In this document: positions 9,584 to 19,633 of the stretch, piece by piece | Layout of the letters: every line of letters starts with the position of its first letter | Numbering within the stretch: the first letter of the stretch is position 1 | DNA from: an uncultured bacterium | GTDB taxonomy: Bacteria > Bacillota > Clostridia > Christensenellales > CAG-917 | DNA: 64,000 nucleotides | Assembly: GCA_949432885.1 (NCBI GenBank) | Contig: CASQXY010000008.1 | Coordinates: forward strand, 663 to 64,662 | Reading direction: 5' to 3' | Position numbers and translations under genes: made by a program | The notes under the pieces: model-generated | What the model was told of the DNA's origin: nothing | The model's input: the letters and a program-made list of their open reading frames with translations, nothing else | The model's database searches: none

Positions 9584-12500
9584 TTATCTCATTCCGTGCA
9601 AATGCTCTATAAATCTCGAATCGATTACAAAAGTGGACATAGGCGTGATATCCGACTGGTCGCTATATCCGTAAAACACCAATTCCATTTTCGATATGAG
9701 CAGTTCTGCGGCAGCCAAATCGGGGCTCGTGGTTTTCACATCTCTGGTGCGAATGGGTTCTTTGATAAATCTGTCGTCCTCAAAGCGTATATCAAGATAT
9801 ACGGGCTCGTCCAAAATGCCGTCTCCGAAGGATATTCCCGACGACAAAAAGCCCAAATGGAAATACATCGAGTTATCTTCTTCTCTTAGATATCTGCACT
9901 TGGCAAACGTGGGATTTTCCTTAATCAGTCTGCCGGCAAGCGTGCCAATCATCTTGTTGGTGTTCGCGTCGCCCGTATCTATCAGATTGGCATTGTTGAC
10001 GTTCTGCCAGTTGTAAATATCCAAAAAGCCCGTCTGAATTATTGTATTAGTTATTCCTTTTGACAGGAAATGCTCCTTGAAATATTCCGCATTGGCGACA
10101 GGGTCTTTTCTTATAAACCTGCCGTCTCCCGCAGAGCAATTCGGGTACGGATTGGCGTCTCCCGTCTTTTCTACGACTGTAAATCTTTCAAACGGATACG
10201 AACCGATAGAACTTATACAGTTTGAGAAAACGCAGTTGTTGAAATGAGTTACGGAAAATACGGGATAGGTGATAAGCCCGTCTGCGTCGTCAATCGTTTT
10301 CATTCTCGCGGGGATATAGAATGCGGTATTGGATATATTTCTGATGACCACACCGTCGAACGTGCAATCCGCATTGTGGGTCTGTCCCGCTCTTCTGGCG
10401 TTTTCCATAATACAGAATTCGATTCTTATTCCCGTAACCCTCACCTTATCGATATCGGCGTACGGCTGTACGATGACGCACTCGCCACCCAAGCCGTTGG
10501 TTTCGTCGGCGGACAAAGTGCCGTCTTTTTCCATTTTATTCGCACGGAAGTTTAGATTGCTGACCGTAACGTTGCTCCAAACGATATACGTCATCGCTTC
10601 CCATTTGATCAACTGGTCGGTTTCGCATTCCAGCCTATGACCGTTTCCGTACACGTTTCCGAAGAATTTCACATTATTTTCGCTGTCGATTTGCGGAATC
10701 GGTCTCGTATCTTTCTTTCCTTCGTCGTTAGTGAAATCCTCGTATCCGTAGAATTCAAACGCGATATCGCTTGCAAAAACTATGCCGTAATTATGCTTGC
10801 TGTACTCGGATTTGTAATACCTGTACACGTCCGTTCTTCCCTCGGAATAGTTGATGTGCTGGAAACCGAGCTCTTTGGGCATCAGATTATCCGCAGCTCT
10901 CGCATAGGTCTCTTGGTCGGCGCTCGCCTTGCGCAGCTGCTCTATGCTTTCCACCTCGACTCCGTAAACCACCGCGATATCCACGGTATCCGTAGTGAGA
11001 TTTGTCGTGCTCTCGTATCTCGGATACTTGGCGCTGACTTTGACCTTTATTATCTGTTTATCCTTGCCTTTGAGGGCGGAGGGATTGAACACAAGCCGGT
11101 TCGGCTCGTCCGCGCTGTCAGAGAAACGCGCATACTCCGCGCCTTCTGCGACTTCGTAGTTATAGGCGCTGTAAAACAGCCTCAGTTTCGCCGCGAAGGA
11201 GGCGTCCGTATCGGTCTCCGTTCTCTTGGGCGCGCCTATAATTTGGATGAGAACGCTGTTGGCAAACTTCGTGTTATCGTTCTTGTCGGAGTTGGTATAT
11301 TTTTCCGCGGCAAAGACGGTTTCGAGTGCGAGACCTACTTTAAGCGATTCGTTTGAGGTGCGCAGATTCATGGAAACCAGCTTAACCTGTACGTTGAGAA
11401 GCACGCTCGCGGTCTTGCTGTTGCGCTTCGCGTATATCATAGCAAATCCGCTTCCTTTTGCGGACACCTCGCCATTTTCGACATGCACTATATTCTCGTC
11501 CGACTCCGCCTCCCAGCTCACGTTATCGGGCGCGCCCTCTTTAAGAGCGTCCGTCCACACTGCTTTGAGCTTCAACGGCAGTTCACTGACGGCAAACACG
11601 TATCCGCTTTGCGACGAATATATATCCGCGTTTTCTATGGATATGTCGTCCACGTCGCACTTTGTAACGGTGACAGTGCCTCGTGACGTGGTTATATGCG
11701 CCACGTTTTCGGTCAACGTAACCGTGCCGCCTCTAATCGTGCAACCGTCCGACGCAATCACAATATCATCCATGCCCGCGTCCGAAAGTTTAAATGCGTC
11801 AGAAACGCTGAACGAGTCTCCGAATTTGCTCGCGCCCTCCTCAACCTCGACTGTATAAGCCTCGCTGGTCACAAAAACGGTCTTATCGTCGTAGCGGTTT
11901 GCTTTCACGGTTATATCCGCGACGCCCGCTGCATGAGCCGTAACAACACCGTTCGCGTCTACGGACGCGACCTCGGGATTGGAGCTGCTCCATTCCGTCC
12001 TCGTAACGATACTGCTTATGGGATTGTATTTGGCTTCCACAAGCATTCTTTCGCCGACGCGCAGTTTATTGTCGTCCTCGCCAACGTTTGCGATACGTAT
12101 ACTTTCCACGTTGTAGCCTTCGACGGTAACGGTAAGCGTTCTGCTTATACTCTCTACCTGCACGACGACGTTAAATATGCAATACGTGTTGATTTGGAAT
12201 TTCCCCTCTCCCGTATTGCTTACCACCTCGTTGCCCTCGTCGTCTATAAGGCAAGCGGGCGCGGCGACTTTAACGACTTCGGGAGCTTTGCCGAGTGCGT
12301 TTTTCTGCTCGTTGAGCTCGTTGAGCTTCGCGTCCCTCTGCGCCTTTTCCGCATTATACTCTTCTCTGATTTGGGCTTTTATTTCTTCTTTCTCATACGA
12401 AGAAATAGTCTTGTCCTCGTCCACTTTTATTATTTTGGCTTCAAAGTCTCTTTCCGCCACGGCGATTTCAGCGACGACAGCGCTGATTTTATCCTCAATC

Positions 12501-12862
12501 TGCTTAACGTCGGACAGATATCTGTTGTAGACCTCGAGCTCGGCAAGATAGTTGTCGTACTTCGCTTTATATAACTCGTCCGTGCATACTATATCCCCGG
12601 AGATGCGCCACTCCACGGTATACCTGTTTGCATATTCCGGAAAAACCTTGACTGTTACGTAATCGGTAAAATTCTGTTTTATCGACGAACCAGAAAACTC
12701 CACCGTAATATTCTCGGCTTCGAGACCCGTAACCTTATCTATAACTGCTATATCGTCGACTGCAATCCAAGCGGCAATCTGCAAGAGATTGGACACCGCA
12801 ACGACTATCACAAGTATCAAAATCGGTATCAAGATGAGGATACCAATCATAACTTTTTTCAT
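9584..12862 (-). CDS. Large membrane-anchored surface protein: coiled coil, Big_2 Ig-like domains, C-terminal beta-helix-like region
   Basis: N-terminal TM anchor. Heptad-rich segment at about aa 95-190. Classic Big_2 motif (SSSNPEVASVDANGVVTAHAAGVADITVKA). The C-terminal third has repeats of the form NVTVSNLNF / VTGIRIEF / FDGVVIRNIS / FNNCVFSNC. An RBS lies 14 nt after the upstream permease stop. Confidence 0.8.
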   Translation of the reverse strand: MKKVMIGILILIPILILVIVVAVSNLLQIAAWIAVDDIAVIDKVTGLEAENITVEFSGSSIKQNFTDYVTVKVFPEYANRYTVEWRISGDIVCTDELYKAKYDNYLAELEVYNRYLSDVKQIEDKISAVVAEIAVAERDFEAKIIKVDEDKTISSYEKEEIKAQIREEYNAEKAQRDAKLNELNEQKNALGKAPEVVKVAAPACLIDDEGNEVVSNTGEGKFQINTYCIFNVVVQVESISRTLTVTVEGYNVESIRIANVGEDDNKLRVGERMLVEAKYNPISSIVTRTEWSSSNPEVASVDANGVVTAHAAGVADITVKANRYDDKTVFVTSEAYTVEVEEGASKFGDSFSVSDAFKLSDAGMDDIVIASDGCTIRGGTVTLTENVAHITTSRGTVTVTKCDVDDISIENADIYSSQSGYVFAVSELPLKLKAVWTDALKEGAPDNVSWEAESDENIVHVENGEVSAKGSGFAMIYAKRNSKTASVLLNVQVKLVSMNLRTSNESLKVGLALETVFAAEKYTNSDKNDNTKFANSVLIQIIGAPKRTETDTDASFAAKLRLFYSAYNYEVAEGAEYARFSDSADEPNRLVFNPSALKGKDKQIIKVKVSAKYPRYESTTNLTTDTVDIAVVYGVEVESIEQLRKASADQETYARAADNLMPKELGFQHINYSEGRTDVYRYYKSEYSKHNYGIVFASDIAFEFYGYEDFTNDEGKKDTRPIPQIDSENNVKFFGNVYGNGHRLECETDQLIKWEAMTYIVWSNVTVSNLNFRANKMEKDGTLSADETNGLGGECVIVQPYADIDKVRVTGIRIEFCIMENARRAGQTHNADCTFDGVVIRNISNTAFYIPARMKTIDDADGLITYPVFSVTHFNNCVFSNCISSIGSYPFERFTVVEKTGDANPYPNCSAGDGRFIRKDPVANAEYFKEHFLSKGITNTIIQTGFLDIYNWQNVNNANLIDTGDANTNKMIGTLAGRLIKENPTFAKCRYLREEDNSMYFHLGFLSSGISFGDGILDEPVYLDIRFEDDRFIKEPIRTRDVKTTSPDLAAAELLISKMELVFYGYSDQSDITPMSTFVIDSRFIEHLHGMR

Positions 12863-12876
12863 AATTTATCCTCCTC

Positions 12877-14589
12877 TTACGGTATAATGCGTTGATATTT
12901 TTTATTCAGATTTACAAACAAAGCGGACAAGGTTGAGCCCAGCAGTATAAGTGAAATCAACGCCAGTATAAGATATAGATTCCCTATATCTCCGCCGGGG
13001 GCTGAAATCTGCCAGTCGCCGACTTTTATGGGAATAAAGCTGAACACCATCGCAAACACGCCGTAAATCACTGCGACGAGAATGCCCACAATCATCGCTA
13101 TTGCGATATTCTTGTTGGCGCTGACAAGTTCGCCGTCGCCCGCGACGTTGAAGGTAGGCGACTTGATATCGATAAGCATATACAGGCTGGTAAGGCTTAT
13201 TACAAGAATCTCGCTGATTCCGAAAATCGCGCCCACATCCTTTGCCGAAAGCATATGTCCGCCTGCGTCGGAGGTGTAATACACGCCGCTCACAAGACAG
13301 CAGAGCGCGACCGACACGGAGGCGATACCTGCGTACAGAGCGAATTTAACGAGCGTTTGAGTCATATAGCTGACGGGAATTATCTTCGTATGATATATGC
13401 AGTTGCCCTCTCTCGAAATACAGGTCGAAGCAAACGAGACGACTATCGTCACGAAGATGATGATAACCATAAGCGTAAGCCCCGGCATGATATCCGCGCC
13501 TAAACTTTCCGCTCCCATAGTCGCGGCAAGCCTGTTGCAGAAAAACACCATGAGAGGCGCGGCGCACGCCATTGCAAAATACTGGAATGAATAATTGAAA
13601 CTCCTCAGTATCAAAAAGAACTCGCGCCTGTAAAGCGCCCAAAATACGGGCTTCTGAACGTCCTTGATTTTCTTCTGGAAGGAGGTTTTTTCTGTCTCGA
13701 TTCCGTAAAGTATTGTCTTGTAATACTCCTTGGTCGTGATAAAATACGCCGCAACGCCGAGAGCGCCGTTTATAAGAAACAGATAAAGGAATCTCAATGC
13801 AAGCTGACCCGAGGAAAGTCCGCCGTACAGCTTTCCGTTTATCAGCTCTGCATACCAGTTGAACGGATATGCAAATTGAGCGAATCTCTGAAAATAGTAA
13901 ATCGTTCCGCCCGACACGAGCGTTTCTCCCTCTCTTCTCATATAGTTGAGGAAGGTGCTCAGCGAGTTGAGATAAAACACAAAGACTCCGCAAACGACCG
14001 CTATCGTAAGAATGAGCACAAGCACAAACTGATTTTTGACCGCGTTCATCAGCTTCATAACGGGCACGGCGATAATATTCGCTATAAAGAACGGGAGAAG
14101 GGAGGAGAACAGCGTAATCAGAATGTACACGAAATAGTCTCCTACTCTCGCGTTAGTGACCGCGCCGAAGGAAATATAAAACGGAAGCATCAAAAGCGCG
14201 CATACTATGAGATTGTGCAAATAGCAGTATATTGTTTTTGCGACAAGGATTTCCTTTCCGCTCACGGGGAAGCGGAGCAGCATTTCGTTGTCGCCGTTCT
14301 GATACAGATTTTTGATGACCGTACCCGTGCTCACCGCAGTCGCTATCGCAATGGTTATCGTTGCGGCAACCGTCAGAAATTCCAGACGAAGATTGCCGTC
14401 CACCGCAAACATTCTCGTGAGATAATAGATGCCGTATATCAGCAACGCGTAAATTAGCACGAAAAACAGGTAGTTGGAATACTGCAATATCCTGTACTTG
14501 ACCCCTCGCTTATGCGTGGAACCGAATCGGGAAAGCAAATCCAGCTTAAAGAGCGTCCTTACGCTCCGCATGGAAAATTCGCCTTTCAT
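12877..14589 (-). CDS. Polytopic membrane protein, putative ABC-2-type exporter permease (570 aa)
   Basis: At least 10 hydrophobic segments. The ATGA start overlaps the stop of the upstream ABC ATPase. Confidence 0.75.
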   Translation of the reverse strand: MKGEFSMRSVRTLFKLDLLSRFGSTHKRGVKYRILQYSNYLFFVLIYALLIYGIYYLTRMFAVDGNLRLEFLTVAATITIAIATAVSTGTVIKNLYQNGDNEMLLRFPVSGKEILVAKTIYCYLHNLIVCALLMLPFYISFGAVTNARVGDYFVYILITLFSSLLPFFIANIIAVPVMKLMNAVKNQFVLVLILTIAVVCGVFVFYLNSLSTFLNYMRREGETLVSGGTIYYFQRFAQFAYPFNWYAELINGKLYGGLSSGQLALRFLYLFLINGALGVAAYFITTKEYYKTILYGIETEKTSFQKKIKDVQKPVFWALYRREFFLILRSFNYSFQYFAMACAAPLMVFFCNRLAATMGAESLGADIMPGLTLMVIIIFVTIVVSFASTCISREGNCIYHTKIIPVSYMTQTLVKFALYAGIASVSVALCCLVSGVYYTSDAGGHMLSAKDVGAIFGISEILVISLTSLYMLIDIKSPTFNVAGDGELVSANKNIAIAMIVGILVAVIYGVFAMVFSFIPIKVGDWQISAPGGDIGNLYLILALISLILLGSTLSALFVNLNKKYQRIIP

Positions 14590-15701
14590 TGCTCGTCCTC
14601 CTTGCTCTCTGCCGTTTCGACGGCGGCATTCTCCTCGGGAGCTTCGCCGAAATCCGCACTTTCTTTACTATCTTCCGCGCCGCCGACCGTTCGCGCAACG
14701 GCGCCCGCTTCATCAATCGCGGTCTTGTCCGCTTCGGCTGTTTTTATATCCTCGTCGGATAAGCCGTTATCCTCCGAAGCGTCGACGCTCTGCGCCTGCA
14801 ATTCCGCGTCGTCCTTCGCCTTCTTTTTGCCTTTCGCGCCTTTAAACAGGGCGGACAGCTCTCCGATTATGGATTTTTTCTTCGTATTCGGGGCCGATTC
14901 CTCCTGCTCGGCTTCCTTTACCGGCAATTCGGGACGCATATCCTCGCTTTCCTGAGAGATATAATCCTCAAACAATCTCTGGTCGTACGTGCCAGTAATG
15001 CGGAAAAATCTCTCTTCGAGATTGGCTTTATTCTCTTCATTGCCTTCTAGATCGATAAGGTCTATCAGCCTGCCCTCGTTGACGATAGCCACTCTGTGGC
15101 ACAGCTTTTTGACCAAATCGAGGTTATGACTGGAAAAGAACACCGTATTTCCTTTCGCGCAGTGCTCGCGCATATGAGCGATTATTTCTGCCGTAGACTG
15201 CGGGTCCAAACCCATCATAGGCTCGTCTAGCACCCATAGCTTAGGCTCGTGTATGAGTGCGGCAATGATACAAATTTTCTGCTTCATCCCGTGAGAATAG
15301 GACTTGATTTGCCTGTCCATCGCATATTCCAGACGGAAAAGTTTGGCAAATCTGTCCATACGAGCTTTTCTCAGGTCGGACGGAACTTTATAGAGGTCCG
15401 CGACGTAATTAACGTACTCTCTTCCCGTGAGCTTTTCGTATACGGAATGGTTGTCGGGAACATATCCCATGTTCATCTTGGCTTTTATCGGATCTTTTAC
15501 GATATCGTATCCGCAGATTTCGATTGAGCCGCTGTCGAAGGGCAATATCCCCGTAAGACACTTTATGGTCGTGGATTTACCCGCTCCGTTCTGTCCGAGA
15601 AAACCGAAAATCTCGCCCGAACGCAATTCAAAAGATATATCATTTACAGCAATCCTATCGCTTTTGGGATAAGTTTTAATCAAGTTTTTTATAGTAAGCA
15701 T
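14586..15701 (-). CDS. ABC transporter ATP-binding protein (ABC-2/DrrA-like) with an acidic C-terminal tail of about 130 aa
   Basis: Walker A GQNGAGKST, signature YSHGMKQK, Walker B LWVLDEP. The tail is E/D/A/K-rich low complexity. Confidence 0.93.
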   Translation of the reverse strand: MLTIKNLIKTYPKSDRIAVNDISFELRSGEIFGFLGQNGAGKSTTIKCLTGILPFDSGSIEICGYDIVKDPIKAKMNMGYVPDNHSVYEKLTGREYVNYVADLYKVPSDLRKARMDRFAKLFRLEYAMDRQIKSYSHGMKQKICIIAALIHEPKLWVLDEPMMGLDPQSTAEIIAHMREHCAKGNTVFFSSHNLDLVKKLCHRVAIVNEGRLIDLIDLEGNEENKANLEERFFRITGTYDQRLFEDYISQESEDMRPELPVKEAEQEESAPNTKKKSIIGELSALFKGAKGKKKAKDDAELQAQSVDASEDNGLSDEDIKTAEADKTAIDEAGAVARTVGGAEDSKESADFGEAPEENAAVETAESKEDEQ

Positions 15702-15835
15702 AAAATAATTCCTCCTATGTTTGCCGCGCGAATATAAAATTTACGACGGCATAAATGCTCTCGAAACGAAGCTGTACAAAGTTTTGCTCCGCACCGAATT
15801 AAATTATTTCAGTTTATCGAAAAATTAAAATAAAA

Positions 15836-16372
15836 TCATGCCAAAAGCACGGGGGTCGTCGCAAGAAAAGAGGACGACATCTTACGTGAATCCAATTTGG
15901 AAAGACATCTGAGCGAGCCGTTTACCGTCACCGACGAGGCAATAACGGTTGCAATCTGCGACTTGCGCGAAGCGTCCGCGCAACATAGCACAACAGTCGC
16001 AAGCACCAAAAACAGCATTACGCTGGTCGTCAGACTCGAAATAACAGCAAGCAGACGGAAATAACCTATCGCAACACAACTGAGGTTTTGCAAACAATCG
16101 AAGGTGATGAGCGCAAACAAAAACGCCGCGGCTGCACGCGTGACCAATTTTCTCATACGCATGGGCAAATACTTGATATTCACCGCAAAAATCACAACGA
16201 CGACCAAAAGCCCCGCGAACTTCGCGCAACCAACCACGGCGTCGAGTATCGTAATCAGAAAAGTCAAGGTATCCACGGCTTCTCCCCATCCGTACGCGCA
16301 CGCGGCGCGCGCATAATACGGATAATAAAACACTTTTAATATTTTATCAATATAGAATAATAATGTCAACAA
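15836..16372 (-). CDS. Hypothetical membrane protein (start uncertain; the ORF opens at TTG)
   Basis: Four or five hydrophobic segments. No recognisable motif. No ATG occurs until about codon 71. Confidence 0.4.
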   Translation of the reverse strand: MLTLLFYIDKILKVFYYPYYARAACAYGWGEAVDTLTFLITILDAVVGCAKFAGLLVVVVIFAVNIKYLPMRMRKLVTRAAAAFLFALITFDCLQNLSCVAIGYFRLLAVISSLTTSVMLFLVLATVVLCCADASRKSQIATVIASSVTVNGSLRCLSKLDSRKMSSSFLATTPVLLA

Positions 16373-16556
16373 AATATCGGATTATTGAGCTTAGGCAAGC
16401 CTAATATGCCACTAAAATCGGCAAATTTCGCGCATTATCATGCAGTTTGATGCCGAAAAAAGAATATTTTGCGCAAGTTTTAAGCACAATAACTGCCGCA
16501 ATTCGCTTGACTACTGCGTGCGAAAAGAGTATAACAGTGAAACGGTGAGGTGCACA

Positions 16557-17891
16557 ATGCTGATGCAAAGTCTGTCCGCTATCGAATATTTTGAAATACT
16601 CCTGCCCTTGGCTTTGATACTTCTGCTCGGGAAGTTCTTTTCGCTTATGGGTAAAAAAGTCGGTTTGCCGCAGGTTGTCGGCATGATTGTTTCCGGCATT
16701 GTCATCGGGCTCATAAAATACATCCCCAATCAAAACATTTTTACCCCCGCAACTCTCGAAGGGCTTTCGTTCCTCGCAAAAATAGGCGTAATACTCATCA
16801 TGTTTTCGGCGGGGCTCGGCACGGACTTGAAACAGTTTAAATCCTGCGGATTGCCCTCCGTAATCATCACGACAATGGGCGTTATATTCCCGTTGGCTTT
16901 CGGGTTTATAGTAGCCTCCGCTTTCAACGGCGGTTTCAAGGATATGTCCTCGCACGTCGTGATGTCCAATCTGTTTTACGGGACGATTTTGGCGGCTACG
17001 TCCGTCAGCATAACCGTCGCGGCGCTCAAAGAACTCGGCAAGCTCAACACCAAAGTCGGCACTTCGATTATTTCAGCCGCCATTCTGGACGATATAATAG
17101 GCGTGATTCTGCTTTCTCTCTTCGTAAGTTTGGACAGCGGCAGCGGCGTAGGGAACGTAGGCATAGTAATCGGCAAAATGATAGGCTTTTTCGCGGCGGC
17201 AGCGGCGGTGGGAATAGGCGTGCACTTCCTGCTCAATCTGATTGAAAAACGGCATCCCCACACCCGCAGACTTCCAATACTCGGCTTTGCGATATGTTTC
17301 TTTTTCGCGTATGCCGCGGAAAAATGGTTCGGAGTAGCGGACATAACGGGCGCGTTTGTCGCAGGTATCATTCTGTCCACCGTCAGAGAGCACGAGTATA
17401 TAGACAGAAAGGTCGAAGTCAGCAACTATCTCATTTTCGCGCCCGTATTCTTCGCAAATATAGGCATAACCGCCGATTTTACGGGTATAAGCGCGACAAT
17501 GGTCGGCTTCGGCTTTGCGTTTATCGCAGCCGGTATTCTCGGCAAAGTGATAGGCTGCGGACTCGGCTCGCTCATATCGAGATATTCCGTCAAAGACAGT
17601 CTCCGCGTAGGCGTAGGCATGATGGTTCGCGCCGAAGTAGTGCTGGTATGCACTCAAAAAGGCGTAGACAACGGACTTGTAGATCCTGCGATTATGCCGT
17701 TTGTGCTTATACTCATAATTTTGACTACCCTGCTCACGCCTCTGCTTCTCAAACTTCTTTACAAGGGCGACAAATCGGATATATCGCTCCTACCTCCTCA
17801 AGACGTATCCTCCGATCCCGAAACGGAGCAAGCGGTACAGCAGAGCGAAGCCCCTCAAACACCCGAAACTCCCCAAACAGAAAACGTTTGA
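16557..17891 (+). CDS. Cation:proton antiporter (CPA2 / Na_H_Exchanger family)
   Basis: About 12 TM segments; LLGKFFSLMGKKVGLPQVVGMIVSGIVIG is typical of the family. Start moved to ATG 16557 (RBS GGTGAGG 6 nt upstream). Confidence 0.9.
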   Translation: MLMQSLSAIEYFEILLPLALILLLGKFFSLMGKKVGLPQVVGMIVSGIVIGLIKYIPNQNIFTPATLEGLSFLAKIGVILIMFSAGLGTDLKQFKSCGLPSVIITTMGVIFPLAFGFIVASAFNGGFKDMSSHVVMSNLFYGTILAATSVSITVAALKELGKLNTKVGTSIISAAILDDIIGVILLSLFVSLDSGSGVGNVGIVIGKMIGFFAAAAAVGIGVHFLLNLIEKRHPHTRRLPILGFAICFFFAYAAEKWFGVADITGAFVAGIILSTVREHEYIDRKVEVSNYLIFAPVFFANIGITADFTGISATMVGFGFAFIAAGILGKVIGCGLGSLISRYSVKDSLRVGVGMMVRAEVVLVCTQKGVDNGLVDPAIMPFVLILIILTTLLTPLLLKLLYKGDKSDISLLPPQDVSSDPETEQAVQQSEAPQTPETPQTENV

Positions 17892-17922
17892 TTCCGATAA
17901 TCTAAATGACTGAATTTGAAAA

Positions 17923-17947
17923 CTGCTCTTTCAAAGAGCGGTTTTTT
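17923..17947 (+). terminator. Rho-independent terminator of the antiporter gene
   Basis: CTGCTCTT-TCA-AAGAGCGG followed by T6. Confidence 0.7.
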
Positions 17948-17971
17948 ATTATACTCTATCGGATACAAAAT

Positions 17972-18064
17972 GCGAAAGAGGCATTTTTGCGAACCGCCTA
18001 ATGTACTGACGTACATGACGGCAAGCAAAAATGCCTCTGACAAGGTTATGCGCCAAATAGCGCG
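17972..18064 (-). repeat. Bulged long-hairpin element, copy 1 (3 nt after the gpmI stop)
   Basis: Minus strand reads ...UUGUCAGAGGCAUUUUUGC-UU-GCCGUC-AUGUAC-GUCA-GUACAU-UA-GGCGGU-UC-GCAAAAAUGCCUCUUUCGC. The outer stem is a perfect 14 bp (17977-17990 with 18025-18038). Related copies lie at 19734-19829, 21026-21146 and 58438-58560. Confidence 0.7.
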
Positions 18065-18067
18065 GTT

Positions 18068-19633
18068 TTACTTGGTTATACTAGCGTCCCAGTGCCCGTC
18101 AGCCTCAAACCCCATCAAATTTGCGACGGTCGCCGCTACGTTGGACAGACCGAATTCACCGTCCGCAATTTCGCAATCCGCATTATATACTACAAACGGC
18201 ACGACGTTCAAGCTGTGCGCCGTACGTACGGCAAGCTCGCCCTTCTTGTTTTTTTCCAACATTTCGTCGGCGTTGCCGTGGTCTGCCGTGACGGCAAGTA
18301 TATAGTTATTGCGCTTAACTACGGGCAGCAGCCTCGCAAGAGCAAGGTCGACCGCCTCCACTCCTATTATTGTAGCGGGGAGGCTTCCCGTATGTCCGAC
18401 CATATCGCCGTTGGGATAATTGCAACGTATAAATCCGTATTCGCCGCTCTCGATTGCCTCTATGACCTTATCGGTAACCTCTGCGGATTTCATCCAAGGT
18501 CTTTGGTCGAAGGACACCTTATCGCTGGGCACCTCCTCCCATACTTCCAGCTTATCGTCGAATTTCTCCGAGCGGTTGCCGTTCCAGAAATATGTTACAT
18601 GTCCGTATTTTTGCGTTTCGGACACCGCGTAGGACTTCACTCCCAGCTCGACAAGCCTTTCGCTGAGCGTATATTTTATTTGCGGCGGCTCCACAAGGAA
18701 ACGCCTCGGCAAATGCAAGTCGCCGTCGTATTGAAGCATGCCTGCGTACTTCACCGCGGGCATTTCTCCTCTGTCAAAGCCGTCGAAGTCGGCGTTATCG
18801 AATGCCATAGACAATTCGATGGCTCTATCGCCGCGGAAGTTGAAAAGAATCACACAGTCTCCGTCCTTCATTGCGCCGACAGGCCGTCCTCCCTCTTTTA
18901 TCACAAACGCAGGCAAATCTTGGTCGATAATTCCTTCGTTCTCGCATCTGTACGTTTCGATAGCCTCGCGCGCGGTGGCGAAGCCTCTGCCCGCGCCGTA
19001 AACGTGCGTATAGAAGCCCGATTTCACCATATCCCAGTTGGCGAAATATCTATCCATAGTTATCTTCATACGTCCGCCGCCCGAAGCGATTTTCGCGTCG
19101 AAACCGCAATCGTTAAGTTGCGAAAGCGCCTCTTCAAGCATATCGACGTATGTAAGCGCGGAGGTTGCGGGCACGTCTCTGCCGTCAAGCAGGATATGCA
19201 CGCGCACGCGCTTTATACCCTCCGCCTTTGCTTCGCGTATAAGTGAAAGCAGATGTCCGATATTGCTGTGCACGTTTCCGTCCGAAAGCAAGCCTATGAA
19301 ATGCATTGCGGAGCCGTTTTCAACGCAGGTGTTTTTAAGCTCCTGCCAAGCGGCGGATTTGTAGATATCGCCGCTTTCGATAGCCTCTTCGACGAGCTTA
19401 GCGCCCTGAGAGTACACCTGTCCGCAACCGAGAGCGTTGTGCCCGACCTCGCTGTTGCCCATATCCTCGTCCGACGGAAGGCCGACGGCGGTGCCGTGAG
19501 CCTTTACGTATGTATGCGGACATTCCGCCAGCAATTTGTCAAGCGTAGGCGTATTCGCCAACGTCACTGCGTCGCCGAGCCCTGTTTTTGACTTTCCGAC
19601 GCCGTCCATAACTACAAGTAAGAGTTTGTTCAT
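18068..19633 (-). CDS. gpmI: 2,3-bisphosphoglycerate-independent phosphoglycerate mutase
   Basis: 521 aa. MGNSEVGHNALG active-site Ser region and a metalloenzyme C-terminus (TADHGNAD). Confidence 0.97.
   Translation of the reverse strand: MNKLLLVVMDGVGKSKTGLGDAVTLANTPTLDKLLAECPHTYVKAHGTAVGLPSDEDMGNSEVGHNALGCGQVYSQGAKLVEEAIESGDIYKSAAWQELKNTCVENGSAMHFIGLLSDGNVHSNIGHLLSLIREAKAEGIKRVRVHILLDGRDVPATSALTYVDMLEEALSQLNDCGFDAKIASGGGRMKITMDRYFANWDMVKSGFYTHVYGAGRGFATAREAIETYRCENEGIIDQDLPAFVIKEGGRPVGAMKDGDCVILFNFRGDRAIELSMAFDNADFDGFDRGEMPAVKYAGMLQYDGDLHLPRRFLVEPPQIKYTLSERLVELGVKSYAVSETQKYGHVTYFWNGNRSEKFDDKLEVWEEVPSDKVSFDQRPWMKSAEVTDKVIEAIESGEYGFIRCNYPNGDMVGHTGSLPATIIGVEAVDLALARLLPVVKRNNYILAVTADHGNADEMLEKNKKGELAVRTAHSLNVVPFVVYNADCEIADGEFGLSNVAATVANLMGFEADGHWDASITK

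Noticed and set aside
16401-17657. Several 140-195 aa minus-strand ORFs across the antiporter gene.
   Set aside because: They are antisense to a gene with a clear 12-TM Na_H_Exchanger pattern, and their translations are compositionally biased with no motifs.
17977-18038. Resemblance of the hairpin core (minus strand GCCGUCAUGUAC-GUCA-GUACAU-UA-GGCGGUUC) to group II intron domain V, which has a GCCGU...CGGUUC core, a 2-nt 3' bulge and a tetraloop.
   Set aside because: The AGC/CGC catalytic triad pairing is not maintained. The hairpin sits at the 5' end of the element on the strand where it folds this way, whereas domain V is near the 3' end of an intron. There is no GUGYG 5' end, no domain VI bulged A and no IEP ORF. 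The host genes are not interrupted.
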